A DNA stretch of 64,000 bases from Lachnospiraceae bacterium (GCA_015057435.1 SVEJ01000007.1:15084-79083), one strand, 5' to 3'; counted from the first letter of the stretch, positions 43,768-53,388 are shown. Made by a program: numbers and translations. The notes: generated from the letters alone by a model not told the origin.

Positions 43768-44652
43768 ATGCATAGTTATTTTCGCGCAATCGGTTTTAGT
43801 AAATTAAGAAATAAAAGTGAACAGAATAAGCTCGTAACTGCTGCACTCAATGATGCTACCGACAAAAGGGAAATCGAAGTGGGTTCCGGTACAAAACTTT
43901 ACCAATTTAACAGAACCTTTGGATGTGGTTTAGGCATTTCCATAATTGCAGAATTAGATGAAAGTGGAACGATTAGTGTCGACCACTCCTTTCCTTACTG
44001 TACAGGAACTCATACTTGCACACAACCGGAAATACAGATTGAACCACATAGCGACAAAGAAGCATTTTCCGGAATTTCAGATGATTATGCATTAGGTATC
44101 ACATTAATCTATGCATTGCAAAATCCGATAGATTATATCAGAAGCAATTGGCTGAATGATTACTATAAAATACCAAAGAAAGTTAAGTTTGGAGCACTTT
44201 CAATAGATGGTCGCATCTTATATGGTGTTCAGTTACAGGAGATGGCTCTTCCCTATGAAAAGCAACCAATCAGTAACAAAGAAAGATTAAACTTAATAAA
44301 AAAAGCAAGGAATGGTGATCCGGAAGCTATTGAGAATCTGACACTTGATGAAATGGACACATACTCCTTAATTACAAAACGTATAAAACAAGAAGATTTG
44401 TATACTGTTGTAGAAACTTATTTTATGCCTTACGGAATAGATAATGAGCAATATTCTATTATGGGTGTAATTCAAAAAATAGAAGAATTAACTAATGAAT
44501 TTTCTGATGAATTGGTGTATAATTTAACTGTAGTGTGCAATGATTTAACATTAAATGTTGCAATTAATTCTCTAGATTTGGAGGGAGAACCAAAAGTAGG
44601 AAGAAGATTCAAAGGAATCATTTGGTTACAAGGGCAGGTTGACTTTATGTAA
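43768..44652 (+). CDS. DUF3881-like protein
   Basis: The start is set at ATG 43768 after AAAAAGGAG. The N-terminus MHSYFRAIGFS is characteristic of that Clostridia family (from memory). Confidence 0.5.
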   Translation: MHSYFRAIGFSKLRNKSEQNKLVTAALNDATDKREIEVGSGTKLYQFNRTFGCGLGISIIAELDESGTISVDHSFPYCTGTHTCTQPEIQIEPHSDKEAFSGISDDYALGITLIYALQNPIDYIRSNWLNDYYKIPKKVKFGALSIDGRILYGVQLQEMALPYEKQPISNKERLNLIKKARNGDPEAIENLTLDEMDTYSLITKRIKQEDLYTVVETYFMPYGIDNEQYSIMGVIQKIEELTNEFSDELVYNLTVVCNDLTLNVAINSLDLEGEPKVGRRFKGIIWLQGQVDFM

Positions 44653-44662
44653 CAACGAATCC

Positions 44663-44734
44663 GTACCCGTAGTTAAATGGATATAACAATTCTCTCCTAA
44701 AGAATAATTGTGGGTTCGATTCCCGCCGGGTGCA
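44663..44734 (+). tRNA. tRNA-Arg (anticodon CCT), no encoded CCA
   Basis: Folded by hand. The acceptor is GTACCCG/CGGGTGC (one G-T pair). U8 is present. The D arm is GTTA-aatggata-TAAC. The anticodon arm is ATTCT-ctCCTaa-AGAAT. The variable loop is 4 nt. The T arm is GTGGG-TTCGATT-CCCGC. The discriminator is A. Total length is 72 nt. Confidence 0.85.
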
Positions 44735-44784
44735 TTTAATTATGATATAACATATATAAGATAGATATGATTGGAGGGTTTACT

Positions 44785-45357
44785 ATGAATATCAAAAAAT
44801 CAAATTTGACTTTTAGTGCTGTAGGATTTGTAGCATCTATATTAGTGTTATTATATTTAATTCTTAATCAACCTCAGCTGATTGAACTAATTATTGTATT
44901 CGGTCTGATTGCCTTAGCTGATACATATTTTTTAGTGGATAGCATTGTAAAAAAGATTGATGAGATAGCTGAAGCCTCTATGGATAAGCAAAATGAATTA
45001 GTCAAAGTCGAAAAAGGTATCTACTCTGTTGCAAAGCGTGAAGAAACAACTAACATGAAACAACACAATGCTTTGTTAGAACAGATTGAATTATTAAAAG
45101 CAGAAAATGCAAAGCTTAATGAAGAATTAATCGAACAGCAAAAACTATGCACTAAGATTCTTATTAAGAAAACACAAGAGAATAACAGTAAGACACTTAA
45201 CAGCTCTGATCGTATTTCCAAGCTTCTTGTTCAGTTGAATGGTAACACAACAAGTGCATCAAAAGAAACTTTAGAAGTACTTGAAGAGATTAACAAAACA
45301 TTAGATACTTACTACAACGATTCTAGCAAAGATAATGTTAGAAGAATGAAAGCATAA
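44785..45357 (+). CDS. hypothetical membrane protein (2 TM) with cytoplasmic coiled coil
   Basis: The start is set at ATG 44785 after GGAGGG. The hydrophobic N-terminus is FSAVGFVASILVLLYLIL...LIIVFGLIALA. A heptad-like region follows (LLEQIELLKAENAKLNEELIEQQKL). Confidence 0.5.
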   Translation: MNIKKSNLTFSAVGFVASILVLLYLILNQPQLIELIIVFGLIALADTYFLVDSIVKKIDEIAEASMDKQNELVKVEKGIYSVAKREETTNMKQHNALLEQIELLKAENAKLNEELIEQQKLCTKILIKKTQENNSKTLNSSDRISKLLVQLNGNTTSASKETLEVLEEINKTLDTYYNDSSKDNVRRMKA

Positions 45358-45387
45358 TTATATAATTAACTAGTTAGAAGGATTTAT

Positions 45388-46350
45388 ATGAACTATATCG
45401 TTATGGATTTAGAGTGGAACCAGAGTTATAGTGGACACATTGGTGAGAATCCTCGTCTACCATTTGAAATTATAGAAATTGGTGCCACCAAGTTAGATTC
45501 AAAATTTAATATTGTCGATACATACGGAAGTATTGTAAAACCTCGTATTTACAAAAAACTACAATCTAAGATACGTGAGTTACTAAATTATGATGAATCA
45601 ACACTTCGAACCGGACGACCTTTCGATGTTGTATTTCGAGAATTCAAAAAATGGTGTGGTGATGATTATATCTTTTGTACTTGGGGTCCGTTAGATTTAA
45701 CTTATCTTCAGCAAAATATGGATTTTTACTATTTGAAACAATTTCCTTTTCCACTGAAGTTTTATAATCTACAAGAGATATACGCAATTCATCATTACAA
45801 TGATAAGACACAGATGCCAAGTCTTGAAAAAGCAGTAACAGAATTAGGAATTCCTATTGATGAACCATTTCATAGTGCGAAAAATGATGCTTACTATACT
45901 GCAAAAGTCTTTCAAAAAATGAACCGGAAGAAATTGGATGATATGTACAGTATTGATTACTATCACTATCCTACCTGTGTAGAAGAAGAGATTTTATCAA
46001 AACATTCTAATTATAATGAATACATTACTCGAACATTTCCAAGTAAAAAAGAAGCACTGAATGACAAAGATATCACTACTCTTCGTTGTCATAAATGTAA
46101 TCGCAAGCTTCCTAAAAAAATTCGTTGGTTTGTTAATAACTCTTCAACACAATTATGTGTAGGAAGGTGTTGGACACATGGACTTATCTGTGGAAAAATA
46201 CGATTTAAATATACACAAGAAGACGAAGTATTTATTATTAAGACTGTAGAAAAGATTAGTAAAAAAGAATTTGAACAGATTAAAGAACGACAGAATGACT
46301 TGCGCATACGTCGTAAAGAAAAGAGAAAACAGAAAAAAGAATCGTGTTAA
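45388..46350 (+). CDS. DEDDh 3-prime to 5-prime exonuclease domain protein (ERI-1/KapD-like) with C-terminal Cys/His cluster and basic tail
   Basis: Exo I is MDLEWN, Exo II is CTWGPLD and Exo III is HSAKNDAYYTAKVF. The C-terminus is CHKCNRKL...CVGRCWTHG followed by RRKEKRKQKKE. Confidence 0.75.
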   Translation: MNYIVMDLEWNQSYSGHIGENPRLPFEIIEIGATKLDSKFNIVDTYGSIVKPRIYKKLQSKIRELLNYDESTLRTGRPFDVVFREFKKWCGDDYIFCTWGPLDLTYLQQNMDFYYLKQFPFPLKFYNLQEIYAIHHYNDKTQMPSLEKAVTELGIPIDEPFHSAKNDAYYTAKVFQKMNRKKLDDMYSIDYYHYPTCVEEEILSKHSNYNEYITRTFPSKKEALNDKDITTLRCHKCNRKLPKKIRWFVNNSSTQLCVGRCWTHGLICGKIRFKYTQEDEVFIIKTVEKISKKEFEQIKERQNDLRIRRKEKRKQKKESC

Positions 46351-46353
46351 AAC

Positions 46354-46386
46354 AAAAACTTGGATATTATTTATCCAAGTTTTTTG
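46354..46386. terminator. bidirectional rho-independent terminator
   Basis: AAAA-ACTTGGATA-ttatt-TATCCAAGT-TTTTT lies between convergent genes. Confidence 0.75.
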
Positions 46387-46396
46387 TTATCTTTAA

Positions 46397-47149
46397 CTAA
46401 TGAATTGGTTCCTTGCTGGCAGTTCCTGCTTTTCTCGGATATGCCTTCGGTGTATTTTTCACCTTATCAATAAAAACAAAGGATCTTTCAATATCAGAAT
46501 TAGGTAATACTAATTTTTTAACCTTAGTTAATTTTCCACCTAATACATGAATTGCCTTTTTTCCTTGGTTTAATTCTTCTTCAATGTCAGATGCCTTATA
46601 AGGAATAAATTTACCCCCAACCTTAATAAAAGGAAGACAATATTCACTTAAAGTAGCTGTATTGGCAACTGCTCGGCTAACACATAGATCAAACTGTTCC
46701 CTATATGCTGTATTTCGTGCAGACTCTTCTGCTCTTCCATGCACAGCAGTAATATTCGTTAATTCCAATGCATCAATCACAGACTGCAAAAACTTAACTC
46801 TCTTATTCAGTGAATCCATCAAAGTAATTTCAAGATGTGGAAATGCAATCTTAAGTGGAAGACCCGGAAAACCGGCACCTGTTCCTAAATCTAACACTTT
46901 GATTCTTATATTACTATCACAAATTTCAGGATATACTGCAGCTAATGCAATAGAATCAATAAAATGCTTAGTAATGACTTCATCCAATTCTGTAATTGCA
47001 GTGAGATTCATTACTTTGTTGGTTTCCACTAACATTTCATAGTATATTTGAAATTGTTCTATCTGTTTGTCAGATAATTCTATATTTAATTTTGCAGCTA
47101 AATCAAAAAGTCTTTTCATATTATATTCAACCTTTTCTATAAATTTCAA
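46397..47149 (-). CDS. rsmG: 16S rRNA (guanine527-N7)-methyltransferase
   Basis: NLTAITELDEVITKHFIDS and the SAM site DLGTGAGFPGLPLKI are present. The start could instead be the internal ATG at 47119. Confidence 0.9.
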   Translation of the reverse strand: MKFIEKVEYNMKRLFDLAAKLNIELSDKQIEQFQIYYEMLVETNKVMNLTAITELDEVITKHFIDSIALAAVYPEICDSNIRIKVLDLGTGAGFPGLPLKIAFPHLEITLMDSLNKRVKFLQSVIDALELTNITAVHGRAEESARNTAYREQFDLCVSRAVANTATLSEYCLPFIKVGGKFIPYKASDIEEELNQGKKAIHVLGGKLTKVKKLVLPNSDIERSFVFIDKVKNTPKAYPRKAGTASKEPIH

Positions 47150-47152
47150 AAA

Positions 47153-47809
47153 TTATTTATCATAATTCATATAAATATTTTTCAATGGCATCCACATTGG
47201 TTTCATATCAGAATCAATACTACAAAACGGATACATATTAACCTTCATGTCTTGAAAGCCATTTTTTAAATAAAACTCTTCTGCATCAGGAACAGAATGT
47301 AAAAACAATGCTTTAAATGCTAATACTGACTCATTTAACTCATTTGTATAATTAACAATTGCACGTAAACACCAAGCAGAAACAGGCAATTCATCACCAT
47401 CATATATGTAAAACAGATCTTGATATTTATCATTTACTGCAAACATTTTAATTTCAATAACTGTTATTCCCCAATTTTCCTCATCGAATTCTTTTCCTAA
47501 TTCTAAAGCTTCTTTTTCATCTAATCGTATTCTATCAATATAAGGAATCGCATTAGCTGATAAAGTAAAATAAGCAACTACTTCCTTTTCATTTGAATCA
47601 CTTTCATTACGATAATTCCATATTATATAAGTTACACCTTCGCCACTCACACAATATTCTTCCGCTTCACTAATCAGAAAATCATTAAAATTTTCATAAC
47701 CTTCACCGGCATTAAATGATAATAAATAATCCCGACAATCTGTGTTAAAAACAGATATATCGGGATTGAACTCATTAATAAATTTATGATTATTATTTCT
47801 TTTGTTCAA
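47153..47809 (-). CDS. GNAT-fold protein resembling TacT/KacT-type acetyltransferase toxins
   Basis: FNAGEGYENFNDFLISEAEEYCVSGEGVTYIIW resembles the F-x-C/A-G...L-x-x-F-L N-terminal motif of that family. IEIKMFAVNDKYQD and FLHSVPDAEEFYLKNGF resemble the AcCoA-binding beta4/alpha4-beta7 region. The start is unclear: I propose TTG 47809 overlapping the stop of the upstream small ORF, whereas the track extends to 47902 in another frame of that ORF. Confidence 0.45.
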   Translation of the reverse strand: MNKRNNNHKFINEFNPDISVFNTDCRDYLLSFNAGEGYENFNDFLISEAEEYCVSGEGVTYIIWNYRNESDSNEKEVVAYFTLSANAIPYIDRIRLDEKEALELGKEFDEENWGITVIEIKMFAVNDKYQDLFYIYDGDELPVSAWCLRAIVNYTNELNESVLAFKALFLHSVPDAEEFYLKNGFQDMKVNMYPFCSIDSDMKPMWMPLKNIYMNYDK

Positions 47810-47945
47810 ATAACCTACCCGCTTTCTCGCAAGACTCCATGAATTCTTTAGAAGGCTTACTGTTATTAAATGTTTCCACAAACTTCTTTTTATCATTTCC
47901 ACGAATAACGGGTACTTTATTAACTGGTTTCGTCAAAACAGCCAT
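47793..47945 (-). CDS. 50-aa basic protein, candidate cognate partner (antitoxin-like) of the GNAT-like gene
   Basis: It is below the 60-aa length of the shortest ORFs listed in the track. My translation is MAVLTKPVNKVPVIRGNDKKKFVETFNNSKPSKEFMESCEKAGRLFEQKK. A strong AAGGAGGG lies 8 nt upstream of ATG 47945. TATAAT-like boxes lie further upstream. Confidence 0.5.
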   Translation of the reverse strand: MAVLTKPVNKVPVIRGNDKKKFVETFNNSKPSKEFMESCEKAGRLFEQKK

Positions 47946-48083
47946 ATCAACACCCTCCTTATCAACTTTCAAACTATTATATTTATTATTCTACTTCTAA
48001 TTTCATTATATTCATATATATCGAAAAAAGCAATTTATTTCTTATAGCATATCAAAATTTTATATTAAATAAAGATGTAAAAC

Positions 48084-48554
48084 TTACAAAATCTTTTCCA
48101 TTCCAACCTTATATGGAACTAATCCACAGCTTTCATAAAATTTCTGTGCATTGGGATTACAAGACCATACGTTCAATGTCACATTATAACAATCATTTTG
48201 TTTTGAAAACTCTAATACATATTCGTATAGTTGTTTACCAATATGTTGACCACGCAGATTTTCATCTACACAAAGATCATCAATATACAAAGTTTTAACC
48301 GCGGTTAAAATATTATCATTTACATGTTGTTGAAACACACAAAAAGCATATCCCATAACAGTATCATTTTCATCCACTCCAACAAAGATTGGTCGATTAT
48401 CATCCTGAATAATAGCTAACAATTCCTCATCCGTATATTTTTTTACATCAGCCTTGAATAAATCCGGTCGACCATTATGATGTACCATCAATACTTGATG
48501 GAGTAGTTTGTTAATACCATTCATATCCTTTTGTTCTGCTCTACGGATTATCAT
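48084..48554 (-). CDS. GNAT-family N-acetyltransferase
   Basis: IDDLCVDENLRGQHIGKQLYEYV is the Q/RxxGxG/A AcCoA motif. AQKFYESCGL is also present. Confidence 0.85.
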   Translation of the reverse strand: MIIRRAEQKDMNGINKLLHQVLMVHHNGRPDLFKADVKKYTDEELLAIIQDDNRPIFVGVDENDTVMGYAFCVFQQHVNDNILTAVKTLYIDDLCVDENLRGQHIGKQLYEYVLEFSKQNDCYNVTLNVWSCNPNAQKFYESCGLVPYKVGMEKIL

Positions 48555-48626
48555 ATTATCTATACTCCTCTATACATAGTTACTAAAAAATACATGGTTC
48601 AGAGCTCATTCGAAAATGCTTCGCAT

Positions 48627-50624
48627 TTATCTCATGTTCATATAAATCATTAACACAGAAATATCTGCCGGTGACACTCCGGAAATTCTAGAAGCCTGTC
48701 CAATGTTTTCCGGACGAATTTCACTAAGTTTTTGTCTTGCTTCTTTACGAAGATTGTGAATATCTTCATAGTTGATATCAGTAGGAATTCTCTTCTTTTC
48801 TAACTTCTTAAAATGTTCTACCTGAGAGCGCTGTCGCTTGATATATCCATCATACTTTAACTCAATATCAATCTGTTCAATGACTTCCTTAGACAAATTT
48901 TCCTGATAAAATATATCCTCCATCAAAGATACTCTTTCTTCATCAAGAGGTGCAATCAATTCATAAGAAAGCTCCGGACGTTTAATTAAATCTCCTAATG
49001 ATGCAGCAGTCTTAAGTGTTGTACTTTCATTCTCTTCCAAAAATGTTTGTACATTTTTGTTAGCACCTACCATAGTTTCTGAAAGTCTTGTAACTTCCTT
49101 ATTAATCAATTCGCGTTTCTTACAGAACTTACCATATCTCTCATCATCAATTAGACCAATCTCATGTCCAATATCCGTAAGTCTCAAATCTGCATTATCT
49201 TGTCTTAATAATAAACGATACTCAGCACGAGAAGTCATCATACGATATGGTTCTCTTGTTTCCTTTGTCACAAGATCATCAATCAATACACCAATATAGG
49301 CTTGTGAACGATCCAATACAACCGGCTCTTTTCCCTGCATTTTAAGGGCTGCATTAATACCGGCCATAAGACCTTGCGCTGCAGCTTCTTCATAACCGGA
49401 ACTACCATTCATCTGGCCGGCACTATAAAGACCTTCTATTTCTTTAAACTCTAAAGTTGGTTTTAACAATAATGCACTGATACAATCATATTCAATGGCA
49501 TATGCATTACGAACAATTCTAGCATTTTCTAATCCCGGAACACTTCGATACATAGCATATTGCACATCTTCAGGAAGAGAAGAACTCATACCACCAATAT
49601 ACATCTCATTGGTAAATTCACCTTCCGGTTCCACGAATACCTGATGGCGATTCTTATCTGCAAACTTCATTACCTTATCTTCAATAGAAGGACAGTATCT
49701 AGGTCCGGTTCCCTCGATTGCACCGGAAAACAAAGGAGAGCGGTCAATATTACTTCTGATAATTTCATGTGTTTCCTCATTGGTATAAGTCAACCAACAA
49801 CTAATCTGTTCTCTCTTGATGTCTTCTTCTGTATTCGTAAATGAAAAAGGAACAATCGTATCATCACCCTTTTGCTCCTCCATCTTGGAAAAATCAATAC
49901 TTCTTTTATCAATACGGGCAGGTGTTCCTGTCTTAAAACGTCTCACCGGAATACCATTGGTAACCAAAGAATCTGTAAGATAAGTTGCGGCGGATAGACC
50001 ATTGGGTCCTGTGTGATTTACCACATCCCCATAGATACATCTTGCATTCAGATAGACACCATTACAAAGAATTACTGTTTTTGCATAGTAGGTTGCACCT
50101 GATTTGGTACGTACACCACGAATCGCTTTCTTTTTATTATCTAGGCAATCCTTTTGAATCACAGTATTTTTTTCAATATTATCCGTGGTTAAATTATCTG
50201 TATCAGCTACATTGTTAGCTTCAACATCCTCCACAATAATCTCAGCCACTTCTGCCTGACGCAATGTAAGATGCTCTGTGTTTTCCATCACCATTCTCAT
50301 ATTCTTGGTATATTCAATTTTATCCGCCTGTGCACGGAGAGAATGTACCGCAGGACCCTTAGAACGGTTAAGCATCTTAGACTGAATATAGGTCTTATCA
50401 ATATTCTTACCCATCTCTCCACCAAGGGCATCAATCTCACGAACCAAATGACCCTTAGAAGAACCACCAATATTCGGATTACATGGCATCATTGCCACAG
50501 AATCCATGCTCACTGTAAATATAATTGTCTCCATTCCCATTCTAGCAAGGGCAAGTGCTGCTTCACATCCAGCATGACCGGCACCAACCACTACTGCATC
50601 ATAGGTTTCTTGTATTGTATTCAT
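48627..50624 (-). CDS. mnmG: tRNA uridine 5-carboxymethylaminomethyl synthesis enzyme MnmG (GidA), with ~33-aa insertion
   Basis: [18 protein letters not shown] is the FAD site. [11 protein letters not shown] and a C-terminal helical domain are present. Confidence 0.95.
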   Translation of the reverse strand: MNTIQETYDAVVVGAGHAGCEAALALARMGMETIIFTVSMDSVAMMPCNPNIGGSSKGHLVREIDALGGEMGKNIDKTYIQSKMLNRSKGPAVHSLRAQADKIEYTKNMRMVMENTEHLTLRQAEVAEIIVEDVEANNVADTDNLTTDNIEKNTVIQKDCLDNKKKAIRGVRTKSGATYYAKTVILCNGVYLNARCIYGDVVNHTGPNGLSAATYLTDSLVTNGIPVRRFKTGTPARIDKRSIDFSKMEEQKGDDTIVPFSFTNTEEDIKREQISCWLTYTNEETHEIIRSNIDRSPLFSGAIEGTGPRYCPSIEDKVMKFADKNRHQVFVEPEGEFTNEMYIGGMSSSLPEDVQYAMYRSVPGLENARIVRNAYAIEYDCISALLLKPTLEFKEIEGLYSAGQMNGSSGYEEAAAQGLMAGINAALKMQGKEPVVLDRSQAYIGVLIDDLVTKETREPYRMMTSRAEYRLLLRQDNADLRLTDIGHEIGLIDDERYGKFCKKRELINKEVTRLSETMVGANKNVQTFLEENESTTLKTAASLGDLIKRPELSYELIAPLDEERVSLMEDIFYQENLSKEVIEQIDIELKYDGYIKRQRSQVEHFKKLEKKRIPTDINYEDIHNLRKEARQKLSEIRPENIGQASRISGVSPADISVLMIYMNMR

Positions 50625-50664
50625 AGTTACTCCTTATCTTCCCATCTACAATTTAATTCTATAT

Positions 50665-51015
50665 TTATTCAATAACTAACTTTCCATCTTCATCAAATAT
50701 ATCAATATCATAAATAAACTCAAATCTCAAAGGAGCTGTTTCTAACATTTCACCATTATAATACACTCTGATCTGATTACCAACTTTCATATCAGGACAT
50801 GTATAGTCAGATTCCAATGTTGTTGGTACATAAGCTTGCGCACCTTCACCTTGTCCTTCTCTATTTGCATCCAAAAGTTCTACTAATATATTTTTATCAT
50901 CTGTTAATTCAATAACAGTTGCATCAAAATAATCCCAATCATTTTTATTATCACATCCTACTAATGTAAAGGTACAAAATAATAAAAAACAAATTACAAT
51001 TTTTTTATTTATCAT
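50665..51015 (-). CDS. small lipoprotein, unknown function
   Basis: The lipobox is FTLVGC in MINKKIVICFLLFCTFTLVGCDNK. The gene sits between mnmE and mnmG. Confidence 0.6.
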   Translation of the reverse strand: MINKKIVICFLLFCTFTLVGCDNKNDWDYFDATVIELTDDKNILVELLDANREGQGEGAQAYVPTTLESDYTCPDMKVGNQIRVYYNGEMLETAPLRFEFIYDIDIFDEDGKLVIE

Positions 51016-51061
51016 TTTTTTACTCCATATACAAGTAATAATATAATATTTTTCTTATTTT

Positions 51062-52540
51062 TTACTTACCCATACAAAACTCTCGGAAAATTGTTTCCAC
51101 CAAGTCATCTTCCACTGACTCACCGATAATATAACCAAGTCTTTCGTAAGCTGCCATCAAATCAATAGATAAGAAATCCTCCGGCATGCCGGCAGCAATA
51201 CTTTCTCTCACCATTTTAATAGAAGATAGTGCTTCCATTAACGCTTCTTTATGACGCATGTTAGTAATATAGATTTCATCATTATAAGACAGATTACCAT
51301 GGAAAAACATATCATTTAATTCCTGATAAAATGTATCAAATCCTGTCTGTTCTTTTGCACTGATATCAATAATCATCTTATCAAGATGTGAAGTAATATC
51401 TTCTTTTGAAACCACCTGTTGCAAATCCGATTTATTCTGTAAAATAATAACCTGCCTATCCTGAATCTGTTCCATGATTTGATAATCATTTTCATCAAGT
51501 GGAGTAGAAGAATCTACCACAAAAAGAATCAAATCTGCATTCTGCATTGCTTCAATAGACTTGTCCACACCAATCTTTTCTACAATATCTTCTGTATCAC
51601 GGATACCTGCAGTATCTACAATATTAAGTGGAATTCCATTGATAGAAATAAATTCTTCTAATGTATCTCTGGTTGTACCTGCAATATCAGTAACAATTGC
51701 ACGTTCTTTCCCCATTAGTACATTAAGAACAGAAGACTTACCGGCATTCGGTTTACCAAGAATAACAGTACGAATTCCTTCCTTCATCATCTGTCCATCT
51801 TCAGCAGTTTGAATTAAATGATTAATTTCCTGTTCTTTTTGACTCAATAACGTATCTAAAGTATCTCCAAAACCATCCAAATCATAGTGTTCAGGATCAT
51901 CTAACGCAGATTCAATATAAGCGATATTATGAATAATCTCTTCTCGAATCTCCATAATCTTATCTCGAAGATTACCTTTCAACTGAGAAAGGGCTGTCTT
52001 TGCTGCCAAATCACTTTTTGCAGAGATAAGATCCATCACCGATTCTGCCTGAGACAAATCAATTCTACCATTCAAGAAAGCACGTTTTGTAAATTCACCA
52101 GGTTCTGCAAGTCTTGCACCATTTTGTATTATAAGATGAAGAATCTGTTTCATCACCTGCATACCACCATGACAATCAATCTCCACCACATCTTCCTTGG
52201 TATAGGTAGAAGGTGCTTTCATAACCAATACAATTACTTCGTCAATTATTTCAAAATTATTTTCTTCTATATTAATATCATTTTCTCTATTATCATAATT
52301 TTGTACATTAACACTTTCATCTAAAACAGAATGATTACTATTCAATTTTCTTTTATCCACAATGTTACCATAAGCAGCAGTATAGGAATCCAGATTTCTA
52401 ATTTCTTTACCTTTTTTCTTTGGAACAAATATAGAATCTGCTACAGCAATAGCATTCTCACCACTCACACGAATAACACCTATTCCACCCTGATTCATTC
52501 CTGTTGCAATTGCAGTAATCGTATCTGAAAGCTTAATCAT
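51062..52540 (-). CDS. mnmE: tRNA modification GTPase MnmE (TrmE), with ~35-aa N/D-rich insertion
   Basis: The start is set at ATG 52540 (MIKLSDTITAIATG). G1 is GKPNAGKSS, G3 is DTAG and G4 is NKSD. The C-terminus is CMGK. Confidence 0.95.
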   Translation of the reverse strand: MIKLSDTITAIATGMNQGGIGVIRVSGENAIAVADSIFVPKKKGKEIRNLDSYTAAYGNIVDKRKLNSNHSVLDESVNVQNYDNRENDINIEENNFEIIDEVIVLVMKAPSTYTKEDVVEIDCHGGMQVMKQILHLIIQNGARLAEPGEFTKRAFLNGRIDLSQAESVMDLISAKSDLAAKTALSQLKGNLRDKIMEIREEIIHNIAYIESALDDPEHYDLDGFGDTLDTLLSQKEQEINHLIQTAEDGQMMKEGIRTVILGKPNAGKSSVLNVLMGKERAIVTDIAGTTRDTLEEFISINGIPLNIVDTAGIRDTEDIVEKIGVDKSIEAMQNADLILFVVDSSTPLDENDYQIMEQIQDRQVIILQNKSDLQQVVSKEDITSHLDKMIIDISAKEQTGFDTFYQELNDMFFHGNLSYNDEIYITNMRHKEALMEALSSIKMVRESIAAGMPEDFLSIDLMAAYERLGYIIGESVEDDLVETIFREFCMGK

Positions 52541-52686
52541 ATCTCTAACCTTTCTATTTCTATTACATCCTTTTATATCCGTACTCAACAATATAAATAT
52601 ATAAATTATCAACTAAACTATTATACATTATTTTTCTAAAAATGTATATGAATACAATACTACATTATAATGAAAAAACATACTAC

Positions 52687-52728
52687 AAAAAAACTGTCAC
52701 GTCCAAATCAGAACATGACAGTTTTTTT
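52687..52728. terminator. bidirectional-type terminator hairpin after jag
   Basis: AAAAAA-ACTGTCA-(15-nt loop)-TGACAGT-TTTTTTT. Confidence 0.55.
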
Positions 52729-52755
52729 ATTTTATATTCAATAAAAGAAATAATA

Positions 52756-53388
52756 TTATTTCTTCAAATATACAACAACCTTACGGAATGGTTCTTCACC
52801 TTCACTCTTTGTCGCTACATATTTATCATTTTGAAGTGTTGAATGAATGATTCTTCTCTCATAAGGATTCATAGGCTCAAGTGTCACACTTCTTCTGCTT
52901 CTCTTAACTTTGAATGCAATATTCTTAGCAAGATTCTCTAGTGTATCTTTTCTTCTTGCACGATAATTTTCTGTATCTAATTTTACACGAATATAATTTT
53001 CGCTTTCTTTATTAACAAATAAACTTACAAGATACTGTAATGCATCTAAAGTCTGACCTCTTTTACCAATCAAAATTCCCATCTCAGGTCCTTCTAGATT
53101 GATATTCATATTATTATCTGTCTCATCAAATTCAACTGTAATTGTAGCCTCGATATCCATAGCTTTTAAGACATTTGTTAAATGCTCTTTTGTCTTATCA
53201 GAAATATTCATAGCTACTTCAGCCTTCTTTGCTTTAATAATAGCAGGCTTTGCACCTAATCCTAAAAATCCTGCTGAACCTTTATCAATAATTTCATAAT
53301 CTAATTCAGCACTTGTAATCCCAAGTTCAACTGTTGCAGCTGTTACTGCTTCTTCTACTGTTTTACCCTTAAATTCCATGTAACTCAT
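52756..53388 (-). CDS. jag: Jag/KhpB RNA-binding protein (Jag_N, KH, R3H)
   Basis: The N-terminus is EFKGKTVEEAV...LGI. The R3H region is RRIIHSTLQND. It lies downstream of yidC. Confidence 0.9.
   Translation of the reverse strand: MSYMEFKGKTVEEAVTAATVELGITSAELDYEIIDKGSAGFLGLGAKPAIIKAKKAEVAMNISDKTKEHLTNVLKAMDIEATITVEFDETDNNMNINLEGPEMGILIGKRGQTLDALQYLVSLFVNKESENYIRVKLDTENYRARRKDTLENLAKNIAFKVKRSRRSVTLEPMNPYERRIIHSTLQNDKYVATKSEGEEPFRKVVVYLKK

Noticed and set aside
47153-47902. The 249-aa version of the GNAT-like ORF given in the six-frame track.
   Set aside because: Its first ~30 codons overlap, in another frame, a 50-aa ORF that has a far stronger SD. The upstream GTG/ATG candidates have no SD. 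I shortened it to a TTG at 47809, but the true start needs experimental confirmation.
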